Origin: a virus
Taxonomy: Duplodnaviria; Caudoviricetes
DNA length: 64,000 nucleotides
Reading direction: 5' to 3' (one strand)
IMG/VR virus record: IMGVR_UViG_3300020202_000072
Location: 1,591 to 65,590 of that record
The number at the start of each line of letters is the position of its first letter. The stretch's first letter is position 1. Positions 1 to 8,870 of the stretch are shown piece by piece. The translations under genes and the position numbers were made by a program. The notes under the pieces are model-generated. The model searched no databases. It was not told the DNA's origin and saw nothing but the letters and a program-made list of their open reading frames with translations.

Positions 1-1
1 G

Positions 2-175
2 GAGTGTCGGCTGCGGCGGTTCGGGAAGCCGTACCGGGCTGAGGGGACCCGGGCCACGGCGAGCAGCGCGGGGCGGATGACCACGACGTTCCGCTACGTG
101 GGGCCGAGGTTAGAAGAGCAGGCCGCCCGGTTCGGCGTGATTCAGTCCTCTACTGAGGTGGATCAGGATTCTTAA
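2..175 (+). CDS. 3' end of a gene that starts before the window (possibly a phage ABC-ATPase/GNAT fusion)
   Basis: Open frame from base 2 (ECRLRRFGK...GRMTTTFRYVG...) to TAA at 173-175; the R-x-T-x-T-F-x-Y-V-G tail resembles C-termini of phage ATPase/acetyltransferase proteins, from memory only. Confidence 0.3.
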   Translation, partial: ECRLRRFGKPYRAEGTRATASSAGRMTTTFRYVGPRLEEQAARFGVIQSSTEVDQDS

Positions 176-1094
176 GGTGAAGGATTTCACCTAGGAAGAG
201 GTACGTGTTGAGGAACAACGCTCTTGCCTCTTCCGCGGTGCCGTCGTTATGCACGGCATGTGACACGCGTCCATAGAGTGCTTCCAGATTCCGACGTATT
301 CGTTGCCTTCGACTCGTGCTCGTAACTCGCTCTTGCACGAAGGCATTGATTCTGTTCTGGTGCTTGGACGCGTCCAGAGAGACTGTATTCCCACCCATCT
401 CAATGGTCTGGTCTGTCGGTGGGTAAATCGAATCGGCAAAACTATCGATGATACGACGACAGGTTGTGAGGGCCTGAGATATCGATTCCGTGTCACCGTC
501 TACAAGCCTGTCCATCACGAGCGGAATTTTTTCCAGCACGTCTCCGCAGTGCTCACCAATCAGGGCGTCAACGTCAGCCTTGTACCTCTCGAAGATGGAC
601 TCCGCCAGGCCTTCGAACGCTTTCTTGTAGTACACTTCCGCTGCAAAGGTGTGGAGTCGAGCGAGCACGCGACTCTTGATGCCGCTGAGTGCGGCGATGT
701 AATTGGCTGACGCGGTCATTGCCTCAGTAACACTTCGGACTGCGAGTAGCGCGACATTGCTACTAGAATCAGGCGTCCGCAGACTGGAGAGCTTCGCCTT
801 CTCTGCCAGGATCGCGGCTTCGATTTGTGCTAGAGGGCCCCAATGCCCCAACTTCTTCTCGACGTTGGTCCATCGTCCTGTGATGCCCATGTACTTAACG
901 GAGTATGGGGCGTCGCTGTAGTAACCACTCATTTCGAGTTTTAGCCAACCCCTGATCTCATCCGAACCTATCCATCGGGCAAGTCTCGAACCTTTGAGAA
1001 TCAGGGATTCGGGGGCTGCCCTGCTCAGCTCGATGTCGTCGAGCAGTTCCTTGGCGAGCTCAAGGACGTGCCTGGATCGACTCTGGTCTGACAT
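150..1094 (-). CDS. AbiTii-like N-terminal domain plus HEPN-like C-terminal domain; putative abortive-infection/defence protein
   Basis: LILKGSRLARW...WLKLEMSGY matches the AbiTii pattern; C-terminal CRRIIDSFADSIYP...RVSHAVH is HEPN-like; visibly more AT-rich than flanking genes. Confidence 0.65.
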   Translation of the reverse strand: MSDQSRSRHVLELAKELLDDIELSRAAPESLILKGSRLARWIGSDEIRGWLKLEMSGYYSDAPYSVKYMGITGRWTNVEKKLGHWGPLAQIEAAILAEKAKLSSLRTPDSSSNVALLAVRSVTEAMTASANYIAALSGIKSRVLARLHTFAAEVYYKKAFEGLAESIFERYKADVDALIGEHCGDVLEKIPLVMDRLVDGDTESISQALTTCRRIIDSFADSIYPPTDQTIEMGGNTVSLDASKHQNRINAFVQERVTSTSRRQRIRRNLEALYGRVSHAVHNDGTAEEARALFLNTYLFLGEILHLKNPDPPQ

Positions 1095-1123
1095 GGATAG
1101 GTCCGTGAGTAAATGCGCATGTT

Positions 1124-1132
1124 ATTCTACCA
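1124..1132 (-). promoter_or_regulatory. Extended -10 promoter (TGgTAGAAT) for the AbiTii-like gene
   Basis: Minus strand reads TGGTAGAAT about 30 nt upstream of the ATG at 1094. Confidence 0.4.
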
Positions 1133-1137
1133 CGCGT

Positions 1138-1530
1138 TTAGGAAGGATTGGGGCGTGAACCGGGTTCGGGCACCCAGGTTGGGTCAGGCACCTCGAAGAA
1201 ACCGAGCTGCCCCTTCCAGGGCACCGGCTCCAGGGCGACCGGGTTCGCCAGGATCCAACACCAGTGCCCGGGGATGGCGAACGCGTCGCCGGCGACCTGG
1301 TCGTAAGGGACGCAGTCGACGAGCTCCACCCGGCCGATGACAGCGCCAAAGTCGAGCCCGGCCGGGACGTCGGTCCCGTCAGGCAGTTTCGGCACAAGTT
1401 GCCGCCGGTTGAGTCCGGCGTGGATCAAAAGCGGACCGCGGTACGAAGTCGGCCGCGAGCGATTCTCGATGCGCTTCAGGCCCGCCACGATCGCCCAGGC
1501 CCACGGCTGCTGCACGCTCAACGCCTTCAT
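1138..1530 (-). CDS. ASCH domain protein
   Basis: MKALSVQQPWAWAIVAGLKRIENRS...YRGPLLIHA and KGQLGFF are ASCH signatures. Confidence 0.9.
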   Translation of the reverse strand: MKALSVQQPWAWAIVAGLKRIENRSRPTSYRGPLLIHAGLNRRQLVPKLPDGTDVPAGLDFGAVIGRVELVDCVPYDQVAGDAFAIPGHWCWILANPVALEPVPWKGQLGFFEVPDPTWVPEPGSRPNPS

Positions 1531-1744
1531 GGTCCGCCCTCCGCAAGTCTTCGATGGTGTCCTCGATCGTCCGCGTCTGCTCGATGCCGAGCGCGCGGTC
1601 CAGGTGCCCGAGCCAGTCCCGGGCCCGCTCTCGAATGGGGCCGGTCCCCTGCAGGATCTCGTCAGCCTCGGCCGCGAGCTCCGCGAGGCGGCAGCGAACG
1701 GCTTCGAGGGCGTCCGCCCGGGCTGTGTGGGTGATAGTAGTCAA
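1379..1744 (-). CDS. Hypothetical protein
   Basis: TTG start overlaps the stop of the AAA gene; 3' end overlaps the ASCH gene. Confidence 0.35.
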   Translation of the reverse strand: MTTITHTARADALEAVRCRLAELAAEADEILQGTGPIRERARDWLGHLDRALGIEQTRTIEDTIEDLRRADHEGVERAAAVGLGDRGGPEAHRESLAADFVPRSAFDPRRTQPAATCAETA

Positions 1745-2586
1745 GCGACACCGCCTTTCTTCATGAGGCCGGCCCGGTAAAGGCGACCGCGGATGGTCGT
1801 CTCGGGCAGGCCGAGTTCCTTGGACAGGGTTCGCCACGACGTACCTGCCTGGCGGCGGGCGAACACCGCCGCGGCGTCGAAGTCGCTCCCACTCGTCGCC
1901 GGCGTGGAAGGGACGGTTACCGCCTGAACCTTCGGAACGGTTCGGCTCCGGGCCCAGGGCGTCAGCAGTTGCAGGACCCGCCGCACGCTGACGTTGCCCC
2001 GTTCGTCCTGGATCGCCCCCAGGTCTTCAACGTCCGGCGCGTCGTCGCGGCCCGTCTCTTCTTTCCAGACGCGGGCGACCAGTTCCGGCAGGTACGGGGC
2101 GAGGGCCAGGTAACCCGACTCGAACCGGAACCGCTCGCACCGGTCCCGTAACCGGGCCGGGATCTTGTCCGCGTGGTTGGTCGTGAAGACGATCACCGTG
2201 CGGAGGGGAAGTCGCTCCAGCGCGTCGAGCCAGATGTACGCCGCGTTCGGCGTCATGCAGTCCGCCTCGTTCACGATCAGGACCTTCCAGCCGGATCCCG
2301 ACAGGGTGAACAGTCGGAGGCCATCCATCACGCGGCGGACCGACTCGCCGGTCTGCTCACCGCTGGCGATCTCGTGCAGGCCGCCCAGCGGGCCGGCCTC
2401 GCAGTCGACTCCCAGCTCGCGGGCCAGGGCGAGGGCGGCCGACGTCTTACCCGTTCCCGTCTCGCCCTCGAAAAGGAAGGCGCAGGAGACGGGATTCTCG
2501 ACGAACTCTTGCAACTGGCACACGGTCCAGGGCTGGCCGACGATTTCGGCGAGGGTGCGCGGGCGATACTTATCGGCGAGGTTCAT
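1741..2586 (-). CDS. Clamp-loader/RarA-like AAA+ ATPase with C-terminal HTH
   Basis: MNLADKYRPRTLAEIVGQ, Walker A GETGTGKT, Walker B variant IVNEAD, RDRC (SRC-like), C-terminal WRTLSKELGLPETTIRGRL; start reassigned to ATG 2586. Confidence 0.85.
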   Translation of the reverse strand: MNLADKYRPRTLAEIVGQPWTVCQLQEFVENPVSCAFLFEGETGTGKTSAALALARELGVDCEAGPLGGLHEIASGEQTGESVRRVMDGLRLFTLSGSGWKVLIVNEADCMTPNAAYIWLDALERLPLRTVIVFTTNHADKIPARLRDRCERFRFESGYLALAPYLPELVARVWKEETGRDDAPDVEDLGAIQDERGNVSVRRVLQLLTPWARSRTVPKVQAVTVPSTPATSGSDFDAAAVFARRQAGTSWRTLSKELGLPETTIRGRLYRAGLMKKGGVA

Positions 2587-2654
2587 GGCTGGGTTCCGGT
2601 AGATGAAAGCGGGAGAAACGCGGGGAGGTCTCCCTCCCCGCACAGCGGGGACGA

Positions 2655-3521
2655 TCAGGCCGCGGTCTTCAACCGCTTCATTTCTTCGGCCAGTTGCCAG
2701 AGGGCCCGGTTCACGTTCGTCTGGCCGTCGACCGAGTTGACCGGGTTCGTCTTGCGGCGCTGGACGCCGTTCTCGGTTTCCTTCACGTACCGCGTCCCGC
2801 CGCGGATCAAACTCTCCTGAACGGTGTTCAGGGTGTTCCACAGGTTGCCCGCCTGGTCCTCCTGGCGGCGGACGGTGAGGACCTGCGTCGGCGTGACCGG
2901 AGCCTCGTCGCCGTACTTTGCCGTCAGGGCGGCCCGGGCGAAGACCTGCCGCTCGTCCGGGGTCATGCCAATGGCCTGCATCGACTGAACCGCGTCGCCC
3001 AGGCGGGGGAGTTGCACCCGCATCCGCTCAACCCCCTCGGCCACTTCCGTGAGGACGTTGCCGGAGTGCTTAATCCGGATGTCCTCCACCGTCCCCTGCG
3101 ACACAATCAGCCCGTTGCCGCAGACGAGTCGGAAGATGCCGGCCATCAGGCGATAGGCGCTGGTCCCGTCGTGGGAGTTGATGAGGACAATTTCCCCGAA
3201 CGTCCCGCCGACCTGCACGGTCTGGCCGAGGTGCCGCAGGCGGATCATGTGCTTCGTGTAACCCCGCTTGTCCTCGTCGCGGCTGCCGCCCTGGTTCACC
3301 GCGAAGACGCCGTAGTCGTGGCCCATCAGGTGCTCGACGATCTGGCTCGTCGGGATGTACGTGTACCGCTCCGACCGCGACGAGTGCCGGCTCTCCGCGA
3401 AGACCGACGGGGCGGCCTGGCGGATCTGATCAAGCGACAGGGGGTCGCGGGAGGCGATGCCGCTGGCGCCGTTGCTGCGGCCGAAGCGGTTGATCGAGCG
3501 GAGGGAGCTGATAGTCTGCAT
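2655..3521 (-). CDS. DUF932/DUF945 family protein
   Basis: APSVFA..RH.SRSERY.YIPT, KHMIRLR, LINSHDGTSAY, GIFRLVCGNGL, R..D....LW...N..QE..IRGG. Confidence 0.9.
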   Translation of the reverse strand: MQTISSLRSINRFGRSNGASGIASRDPLSLDQIRQAAPSVFAESRHSSRSERYTYIPTSQIVEHLMGHDYGVFAVNQGGSRDEDKRGYTKHMIRLRHLGQTVQVGGTFGEIVLINSHDGTSAYRLMAGIFRLVCGNGLIVSQGTVEDIRIKHSGNVLTEVAEGVERMRVQLPRLGDAVQSMQAIGMTPDERQVFARAALTAKYGDEAPVTPTQVLTVRRQEDQAGNLWNTLNTVQESLIRGGTRYVKETENGVQRRKTNPVNSVDGQTNVNRALWQLAEEMKRLKTAA

Positions 3522-3598
3522 GGTGTTGACCTCTTACCAGGTTGACCACGGGTCGGGACTGCCATCAGCAGTCGCCGGCCCACTTCGTTGGGGCGAAT

Positions 3599-3637
3599 CC
3601 GCGGGGCGGGAGTCGAACCCGCCGGAACCACTCGCGG
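3599..3637 (-). ncRNA. tRNA-minihelix-like element (acceptor-like stem plus T-arm)
   Basis: Minus strand CCGCGAG-tggttccg-GCGGG-TTCGACT-CCCGC-CCCGCGG, directly after the stop codon of 3638..3847. Confidence 0.5.
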
Positions 3638-3847
3638 CTACTTGCACTTCCGGCCCGACACCGACCAGAGGAACGCGATCGTGTTGGTGACGAAGCCGAC
3701 CAGGCCGAGGCCTGCGATCGAGCACATGATCAGGCCTTTGTTGCCGGAGGCGGCGAAGCCGGACTCGAACAGGTTCAGAGCCGTAACCATCGAGGCGGAG
3801 GCGGCGGTCGCGAAGCCGATCGGGGTGAGGGTCTTGAGGGTTCGCAT
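3638..3847 (-). CDS. Small membrane protein, first gene of the leftward operon
   Basis: Two hydrophobic segments; AGGAG RBS upstream; follows a strong promoter. Confidence 0.6.
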   Translation of the reverse strand: MRTLKTLTPIGFATAASASMVTALNLFESGFAASGNKGLIMCSIAGLGLVGFVTNTIAFLWSVSGRKCK

Positions 3848-3884
3848 GTTTGACTCCTGTTGAGCGATTAATTTCTATACCCCC

Positions 3885-3913
3885 TTTATAACCCGGCTTT
3901 GAATTGGCGTCAA
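3885..3913 (-). promoter_or_regulatory. Sigma70-type promoter of the leftward operon
   Basis: TTGACG-17 nt-TATAAA on the minus strand in an AT-rich island. Confidence 0.7.
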
Positions 3914-4032
3914 TAGATACCGGCACAAGATGACGCCTTTTGACGGCTGGCCCATGAACGGCCGAGAAAAGCGAGGCCGAAAAAGTTGGCCGGCCGCGTA
4001 CACTGGAACGGATCAAACCCCGGGCCCCACCC

Positions 4033-6336
4033 ATGGCCAACGTCGACCCCCTCAAGCTCAAGGAACTGCGGGAGAAATCCCAGGACCTGAAGCGGAAACT
4101 CCGCGAGGCGGAGAGGCTCGCGGGTGGCGGGGTCGACCTGCACAACCAGAGGGCCGCGGAACGGTCCCGCAAGCAGTCGGAGACTCGCCGCGAGATCGGG
4201 CCGTTGCCGCCGGTGAAGGACCCGGCGAGGAAGGCCGCGTGCGAGCGTGACCTGGCCCTCTTCGAGACGACGTACTTCCCCGGCCGCTTCTATCTGCGGC
4301 CCGCCCCGTCTCAACTCGAAGCGACCGCCATCCTCCAGGGAGTGGCCCTCGATGGGGGCTGCTTCGCCCTCGGCATGCCACGCGGCTATGGCAAGACAAC
4401 GAAGTGCGAGGTCGCCGCCCTCTGGGCGATCCTCTTCGGGCACCGGCTGTACGCCCTGATCATCGCCGCCAACCAGGACCCGCTCGCGATCGACATCCTC
4501 GGCTCGATCAAGGCGGAGGTCGAACAGAACGACCTCCTCCTAGAAGACTTCCCCGAAGTGTGCTACCCGATCCGTTGCCTAGAAGGCATCCACAACCGGG
4601 CCAAGGGACAGACCCTGAACGGCGAGCGCACGCTCATCACCTTTACCGAAGACGGCATGCGCCTGCCCCGGGTCCCCGGCTCGCGCTGCAGCGGATCCGT
4701 CATCGAGGCCGTGGGCATGACGGCGGCCATCCGCGGGCGGAAGTTCCGCTCCCACGACGGCAAGCAAGTCCGGCCCGACTTCATCCTCCTCGACGACTTC
4801 CAGACCCGCGACTCCGCCAAGTCGATCACCCAGACCCGCGACCGCCTGGCGATCATCAAAGGCGACATCCTCGGCCTGGCGGGACCGAAGACGAAGATCG
4901 CACTCGTCGCCCCGTGCACGGTCATCTACCGCGGCGACGGGGCCGACCAGCTCCTGGACCGCGAGAAGAACCCGCGGTTCAACGGCCGGCGGACGAAGCG
5001 GCTTTTGCAGTGGCCGACGAACATGGACCTCTGGGACGACTACTCCCAGATCCGCTCGCTCAAGGGCGAGAAGGAGGCGACGGCGTTCTACGCCAAGAAT
5101 CGTGAGGCGATGGACGAGGGCGGCCTGGTCTCCTGGCAGGACGACTTCGAGCCCGACGAGCTGTCGGCGCTGCAAGGCGCGATGAACGACTACTACAACG
5201 ACGCCCGCAGCTTCTTCGCGGAGTCGCAGCTCGAACCGATGCCGGAGTCGACGGTCCAGCCGAAGGAGCTCAAGGTCGACGAGCTGAAGAAGCGGCTCAC
5301 GAACATCCCGCGGGGGCAGGTGCCGCGCGAGGCGAGCCGGCTGGTGGCGTTCATCGACCTGGGCCAGGCCTGCCATTGGTGGGGAGTGCTCGCGATCGAC
5401 GACAAGTTCTCCGGCAGCCTCATCGACTACGGGCCGTTCCCGCAACAGAACCGGGCCTACTTCGACGCCCACGACGCGAGACCGTCGCTCCTGGACGAGT
5501 TCCCCGGCCTCACCGACCCGCAGCGAATCTACCGCAGCCTCGGCGTTCTCGTCCCCCAGATCATGGGCCACACCTGGTACCGGCACGAGACGGGGGCGGC
5601 CGTCAAGGTCGAGCGCTGCCTCATCGATTCCGGCAAGTGGACCGACGCCGTCCACCAATTCTGCCGCGAATGTCCGGGGTACGCGCCGCTCCTGTTCCCG
5701 AGCAAAGGGTACGCAACCAGCTCCAACACGCGGCCCATGAACGAGTGGACGAAGAAGCCCGGCGAGCAGATCGGGTGGAACTGGCGACTCACGGCCGGAG
5801 CGGGCGGCACCAAGGGGCGTTTCGTCATCTTCGACCCGGACCCCTGGAAGACGTTCCTCTCGGAACGACTCTCCACCCCGCCCGGCGACGCCGGCGCCGT
5901 GATGTTCTTCGGCGACGCCACGAAGCCCGACGTTCACGATCTGCTATTTGATCACCTCACGGCGGAAGTCTGCGACGAGATGACGCTCACAAAGACCGGG
6001 CGGAAGGTGGACAAGTGGAAGGAGCGGCCCGATCGGCGAGACAACCACCTTTTCGACGTCCTGACCGGCTGCATGGTCTGCGCGTCGACGCTCGGGCTCG
6101 CCTGGGGGAACATCGGCGCAACGGCCGCCGGCGAGCAGAGGATCCCCGGGCCGGAGCCCATCACCTACGCCGAAGAGCGAAAGAAGCGAGAGGCCAACGT
6201 CGCTCCAACGCCCGCTCCGGCAGCGGCGACGACCGCCGCGAACGTCCCGGCCCCGGCCGTCGATTCAAGCCCGCAGCCGATCAGCTACGCCGAGGAGAAG
6301 AAGCGGCGTGAGGCGGAGCGTCGGGGCCGCCGGTAA
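4033..6336 (+). CDS. Terminase large subunit (lambda GpA-like)
   Basis: Walker A PRGYGKT, Walker B ILLDD, nuclease acidic motifs FIDLG and LIDSG, C-terminal W....RRDNHLFD; first gene of the head module. Confidence 0.9.
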   Translation: MANVDPLKLKELREKSQDLKRKLREAERLAGGGVDLHNQRAAERSRKQSETRREIGPLPPVKDPARKAACERDLALFETTYFPGRFYLRPAPSQLEATAILQGVALDGGCFALGMPRGYGKTTKCEVAALWAILFGHRLYALIIAANQDPLAIDILGSIKAEVEQNDLLLEDFPEVCYPIRCLEGIHNRAKGQTLNGERTLITFTEDGMRLPRVPGSRCSGSVIEAVGMTAAIRGRKFRSHDGKQVRPDFILLDDFQTRDSAKSITQTRDRLAIIKGDILGLAGPKTKIALVAPCTVIYRGDGADQLLDREKNPRFNGRRTKRLLQWPTNMDLWDDYSQIRSLKGEKEATAFYAKNREAMDEGGLVSWQDDFEPDELSALQGAMNDYYNDARSFFAESQLEPMPESTVQPKELKVDELKKRLTNIPRGQVPREASRLVAFIDLGQACHWWGVLAIDDKFSGSLIDYGPFPQQNRAYFDAHDARPSLLDEFPGLTDPQRIYRSLGVLVPQIMGHTWYRHETGAAVKVERCLIDSGKWTDAVHQFCRECPGYAPLLFPSKGYATSSNTRPMNEWTKKPGEQIGWNWRLTAGAGGTKGRFVIFDPDPWKTFLSERLSTPPGDAGAVMFFGDATKPDVHDLLFDHLTAEVCDEMTLTKTGRKVDKWKERPDRRDNHLFDVLTGCMVCASTLGLAWGNIGATAAGEQRIPGPEPITYAEERKKREANVAPTPAPAAATTAANVPAPAVDSSPQPISYAEEKKRREAERRGRR

Positions 6337-6503
6337 CTTCTTCCGCTTTCCGATTGCTCGCATCAAAGCATCGCGATATGATTTCAACGCCCGACGACTC
6401 GCCTCGCCGGGCACAACCCGAGCCGGGCAGCGCCGCCGTGCCCATACCACGCTGGCGCTGTCCGGTTCTTTTTTGAACTCCTTGCCCATACCAGGGAGTC
6501 CGC

Positions 6504-6722
6504 ATGGCTTACCACGTTCCCGACGCCGGGCCTGCGCCCGGGTTCTACTGTCCCGTCTGCGCCCGGAAGGGCAAGAAGGCTAACCCACTGACGGTGCAAC
6601 ACACCGAGCGATCGGCCCCGGGGATCATCACCCGGTACCGGAAGTGCCTGGTGTGCCGGTACACGCGCGCGACCGAGGAGCGCACGCGCACGAAAAAGGA
6701 AAAAGTTTCCAGTATTGGATGA
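6504..6722 (+). CDS. Ogr/Delta-like zinc-finger protein (candidate late-gene activator)
   Basis: CPVC...RYRKCLVC.Y...TEE pattern between terminase and portal. Confidence 0.7.
   Translation: MAYHVPDAGPAPGFYCPVCARKGKKANPLTVQHTERSAPGIITRYRKCLVCRYTRATEERTRTKKEKVSSIG
6707..6720. promoter_or_regulatory. Pseudo-palindromic site TTCCAGTATTGGAT, copy 1
   Basis: 13/14 identical to the reverse complement of the site at 23728-23741; lies upstream of the head genes. Confidence 0.55.
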
Positions 6723-6804
6723 GTCGCACCGTTCTGGCGCGCAGCCACTTCCCACCAGCCCCCGCGTGTGATTCCGTAGACGCATCACCCCGCGGGGCGG
6801 CGTC

Positions 6805-7011
6805 TTGGCCCTCACACCCGAACAACTCGAAACGCTCGCGACGAAGCCGCAGTCGGCCAGCAACGACTCCGGCTCGATGACGGCGAGGAGCGCGGACGAT
6901 GTCCTGAAACTCCGGGACGCGGCCGCGACCGAGGCCGCCCTGGCCGACGGCCGCTCCGCGTTCGACTGCCTCCGGCCCCGAGTCATTTCCTCGCCGGGGC
7001 CCAACCGATGA
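6805..7011 (+). CDS. Head completion protein (gpW-like)
   Basis: Small gene coupled to the portal by an ATGA overlap; P.SAS.D.GS....S..D pattern. Confidence 0.55.
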   Translation: MALTPEQLETLATKPQSASNDSGSMTARSADDVLKLRDAAATEAALADGRSAFDCLRPRVISSPGPNR

Positions 7012-8870
7012 GCCAACAAGCTCCCGGCCTCTACGGGGTCACTCACGCCGTCCCGCCGATGACGGGTCCGATCGCCTATCCGAAGGCCAGCCCGGGCCCG
7101 CGGGCCTCTTACGACGCGGCCCAGGACACCCACAGCAACCGCAGCCACTGGGCCAACGCCGACGGACTCTCCGCGAAGGCGGCCAACTCCCCGGAAGTCC
7201 GCCGCAAGCTCCGCAACCGGGCCCGGCTGGAATACGACAACGGCGGCAACTGCAAGGGCTCGATCGAGACCTACGCACACGACCTGGTCGGGACCGGGCC
7301 GCGGAACCAGCTCACGCTCCCGGCCGGCTCCCACAAGGACGCGGCGGGCACGCTGGAACGGCTTTTCCGCGACTGGTGCGACGACCCGATCGTCAACTTC
7401 GCCGAGAAGCTCCGGATCATGGTCGAGGCCGAGGTCCGCGACGGCGAGTCGTTCGCGGTCTTCATCAAGAACGAGCTGGTCAAGGGTAAACTCAAGCTCG
7501 ACTTCCAGGTCCTCGACGCCGAGCAGGTCGCAACTCCGACCCTCAACCCGCTCGACAAGAAGGCCGTCGACGGCATCGAGTTCGACGATCAGGGCAACCC
7601 GGTCGCCTACCACATCCTCAAAGAACACCCGGGCGACCTCGCGTACAACCCGGGCTCCGGCTACACCCGCCAGCTCGCCGACAACGTCATCCACTGGTTC
7701 CGCCCGTCCCGGGCCAGCCAGTGCCGCGGCATCCCGCGCATCACGCCGGGCCTGCCGCTCCTGCCGATGATTCGTGGGTATTCGACGGCCACTCTCACGG
7801 CGGCCCGTCGGGCGGCCCAGATCTCCGCCGTCATCGAGACGAACGGGGCCCCGGACACGGGCCCCGTCCCGGTGAAGCCTTACGACCCGGTCGAGTGGGA
7901 AAACGACATGGCTCTGACCATGCCCGCCGGCTGGAAGATGAACCAGATCGAGCCGGAGCAGCCGACGTCGAACCACAAGGAGTTCAAGGAGACGAACCTC
8001 GCCGAGTTTGGCCGGGCGATCCACCAGTCGCGCGGAGTCGTGACGGGGGACCACTCCGGCTACAACTTCTCGTCGGCGCGCATGGACAGGCTCATCGGGC
8101 AGAGCGCCATGCGGATCGAGCGAAACCGGCTCGCGGTTCGCGTGACCGACCGGATCTTCGCCATGTGGGCCCGCTGGGCGATGGCGACCCGCGGCTACAT
8201 CCCCGATCACATCCTGATCACGCTGAAGCCAGTCGAGACCTGGACCTGGGCCTGGCAATACGACGCCGCCCCGGCCATCAACCCGGTCGACGACGCCAAC
8301 GCGGACAAGACCAACCTGGAGAAGGGGCTCGTCAACCACGGCCAGCTCCTCAACGAGCGCGGCGTCGACTGGCGCGAGCACTTCAAAGCCACGGCCGAGC
8401 AGTACGCCTACGCGAAAGAGCTCGGCATCGACCACCTGTTCTACGGCGAGGCGGGCGCCGACTCGGGCAGCGTCTCCGTCACCGACGAGAACGGCAGCCG
8501 CACGACGATCGCCATGCCGAAGGCCGCCGCCCAGAAGGCGGCAGCAGCGCCTGCCGCCGCGGCCGCCGCGGCCGGGGCCGACGTGCAGGCCACCGCCCTG
8601 AACGGCGCGCAGGTCCTGTCGATGATCTCGGTCTGCGACAAACTCGTCGCCAAGCAGTACACCGCGGGCGCGACGGAGGCCATCCTCCAGGCCGCGTTCC
8701 CGGGCATCGACCGCAAGCTCATCGCGACCATCGTCAAGGAGCTGAAGGATCACGAGCCGCCCGCCCCGCCGGCTGCTCCTGCGACCCAGCCCCGACCGGC
8801 CGAGGCCCCGAAGGCCCTCGCCGACGACGAAGACACCGCCCTCGAATTCAAGGAGCCGGCGTATGCGTGA
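7008..8870 (+). CDS. Portal protein, lambda family, with C-terminal extension
   Basis: LRNRAR...N, VGTGP, DGESF, DGIEFD..G.PVAYH, Q.RG.P, GD.S..NFSSAR, W.....INPV.D. Confidence 0.95.
   Translation: MSQQAPGLYGVTHAVPPMTGPIAYPKASPGPRASYDAAQDTHSNRSHWANADGLSAKAANSPEVRRKLRNRARLEYDNGGNCKGSIETYAHDLVGTGPRNQLTLPAGSHKDAAGTLERLFRDWCDDPIVNFAEKLRIMVEAEVRDGESFAVFIKNELVKGKLKLDFQVLDAEQVATPTLNPLDKKAVDGIEFDDQGNPVAYHILKEHPGDLAYNPGSGYTRQLADNVIHWFRPSRASQCRGIPRITPGLPLLPMIRGYSTATLTAARRAAQISAVIETNGAPDTGPVPVKPYDPVEWENDMALTMPAGWKMNQIEPEQPTSNHKEFKETNLAEFGRAIHQSRGVVTGDHSGYNFSSARMDRLIGQSAMRIERNRLAVRVTDRIFAMWARWAMATRGYIPDHILITLKPVETWTWAWQYDAAPAINPVDDANADKTNLEKGLVNHGQLLNERGVDWREHFKATAEQYAYAKELGIDHLFYGEAGADSGSVSVTDENGSRTTIAMPKAAAQKAAAAPAAAAAAAGADVQATALNGAQVLSMISVCDKLVAKQYTAGATEAILQAAFPGIDRKLIATIVKELKDHEPPAPPAAPATQPRPAEAPKALADDEDTALEFKEPAYA

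Noticed and set aside
3995-4010. Third copy of the TTCCA-N4-TGGAA site upstream of the terminase
   Set aside because: Only the right half (ACTGGAA) is present
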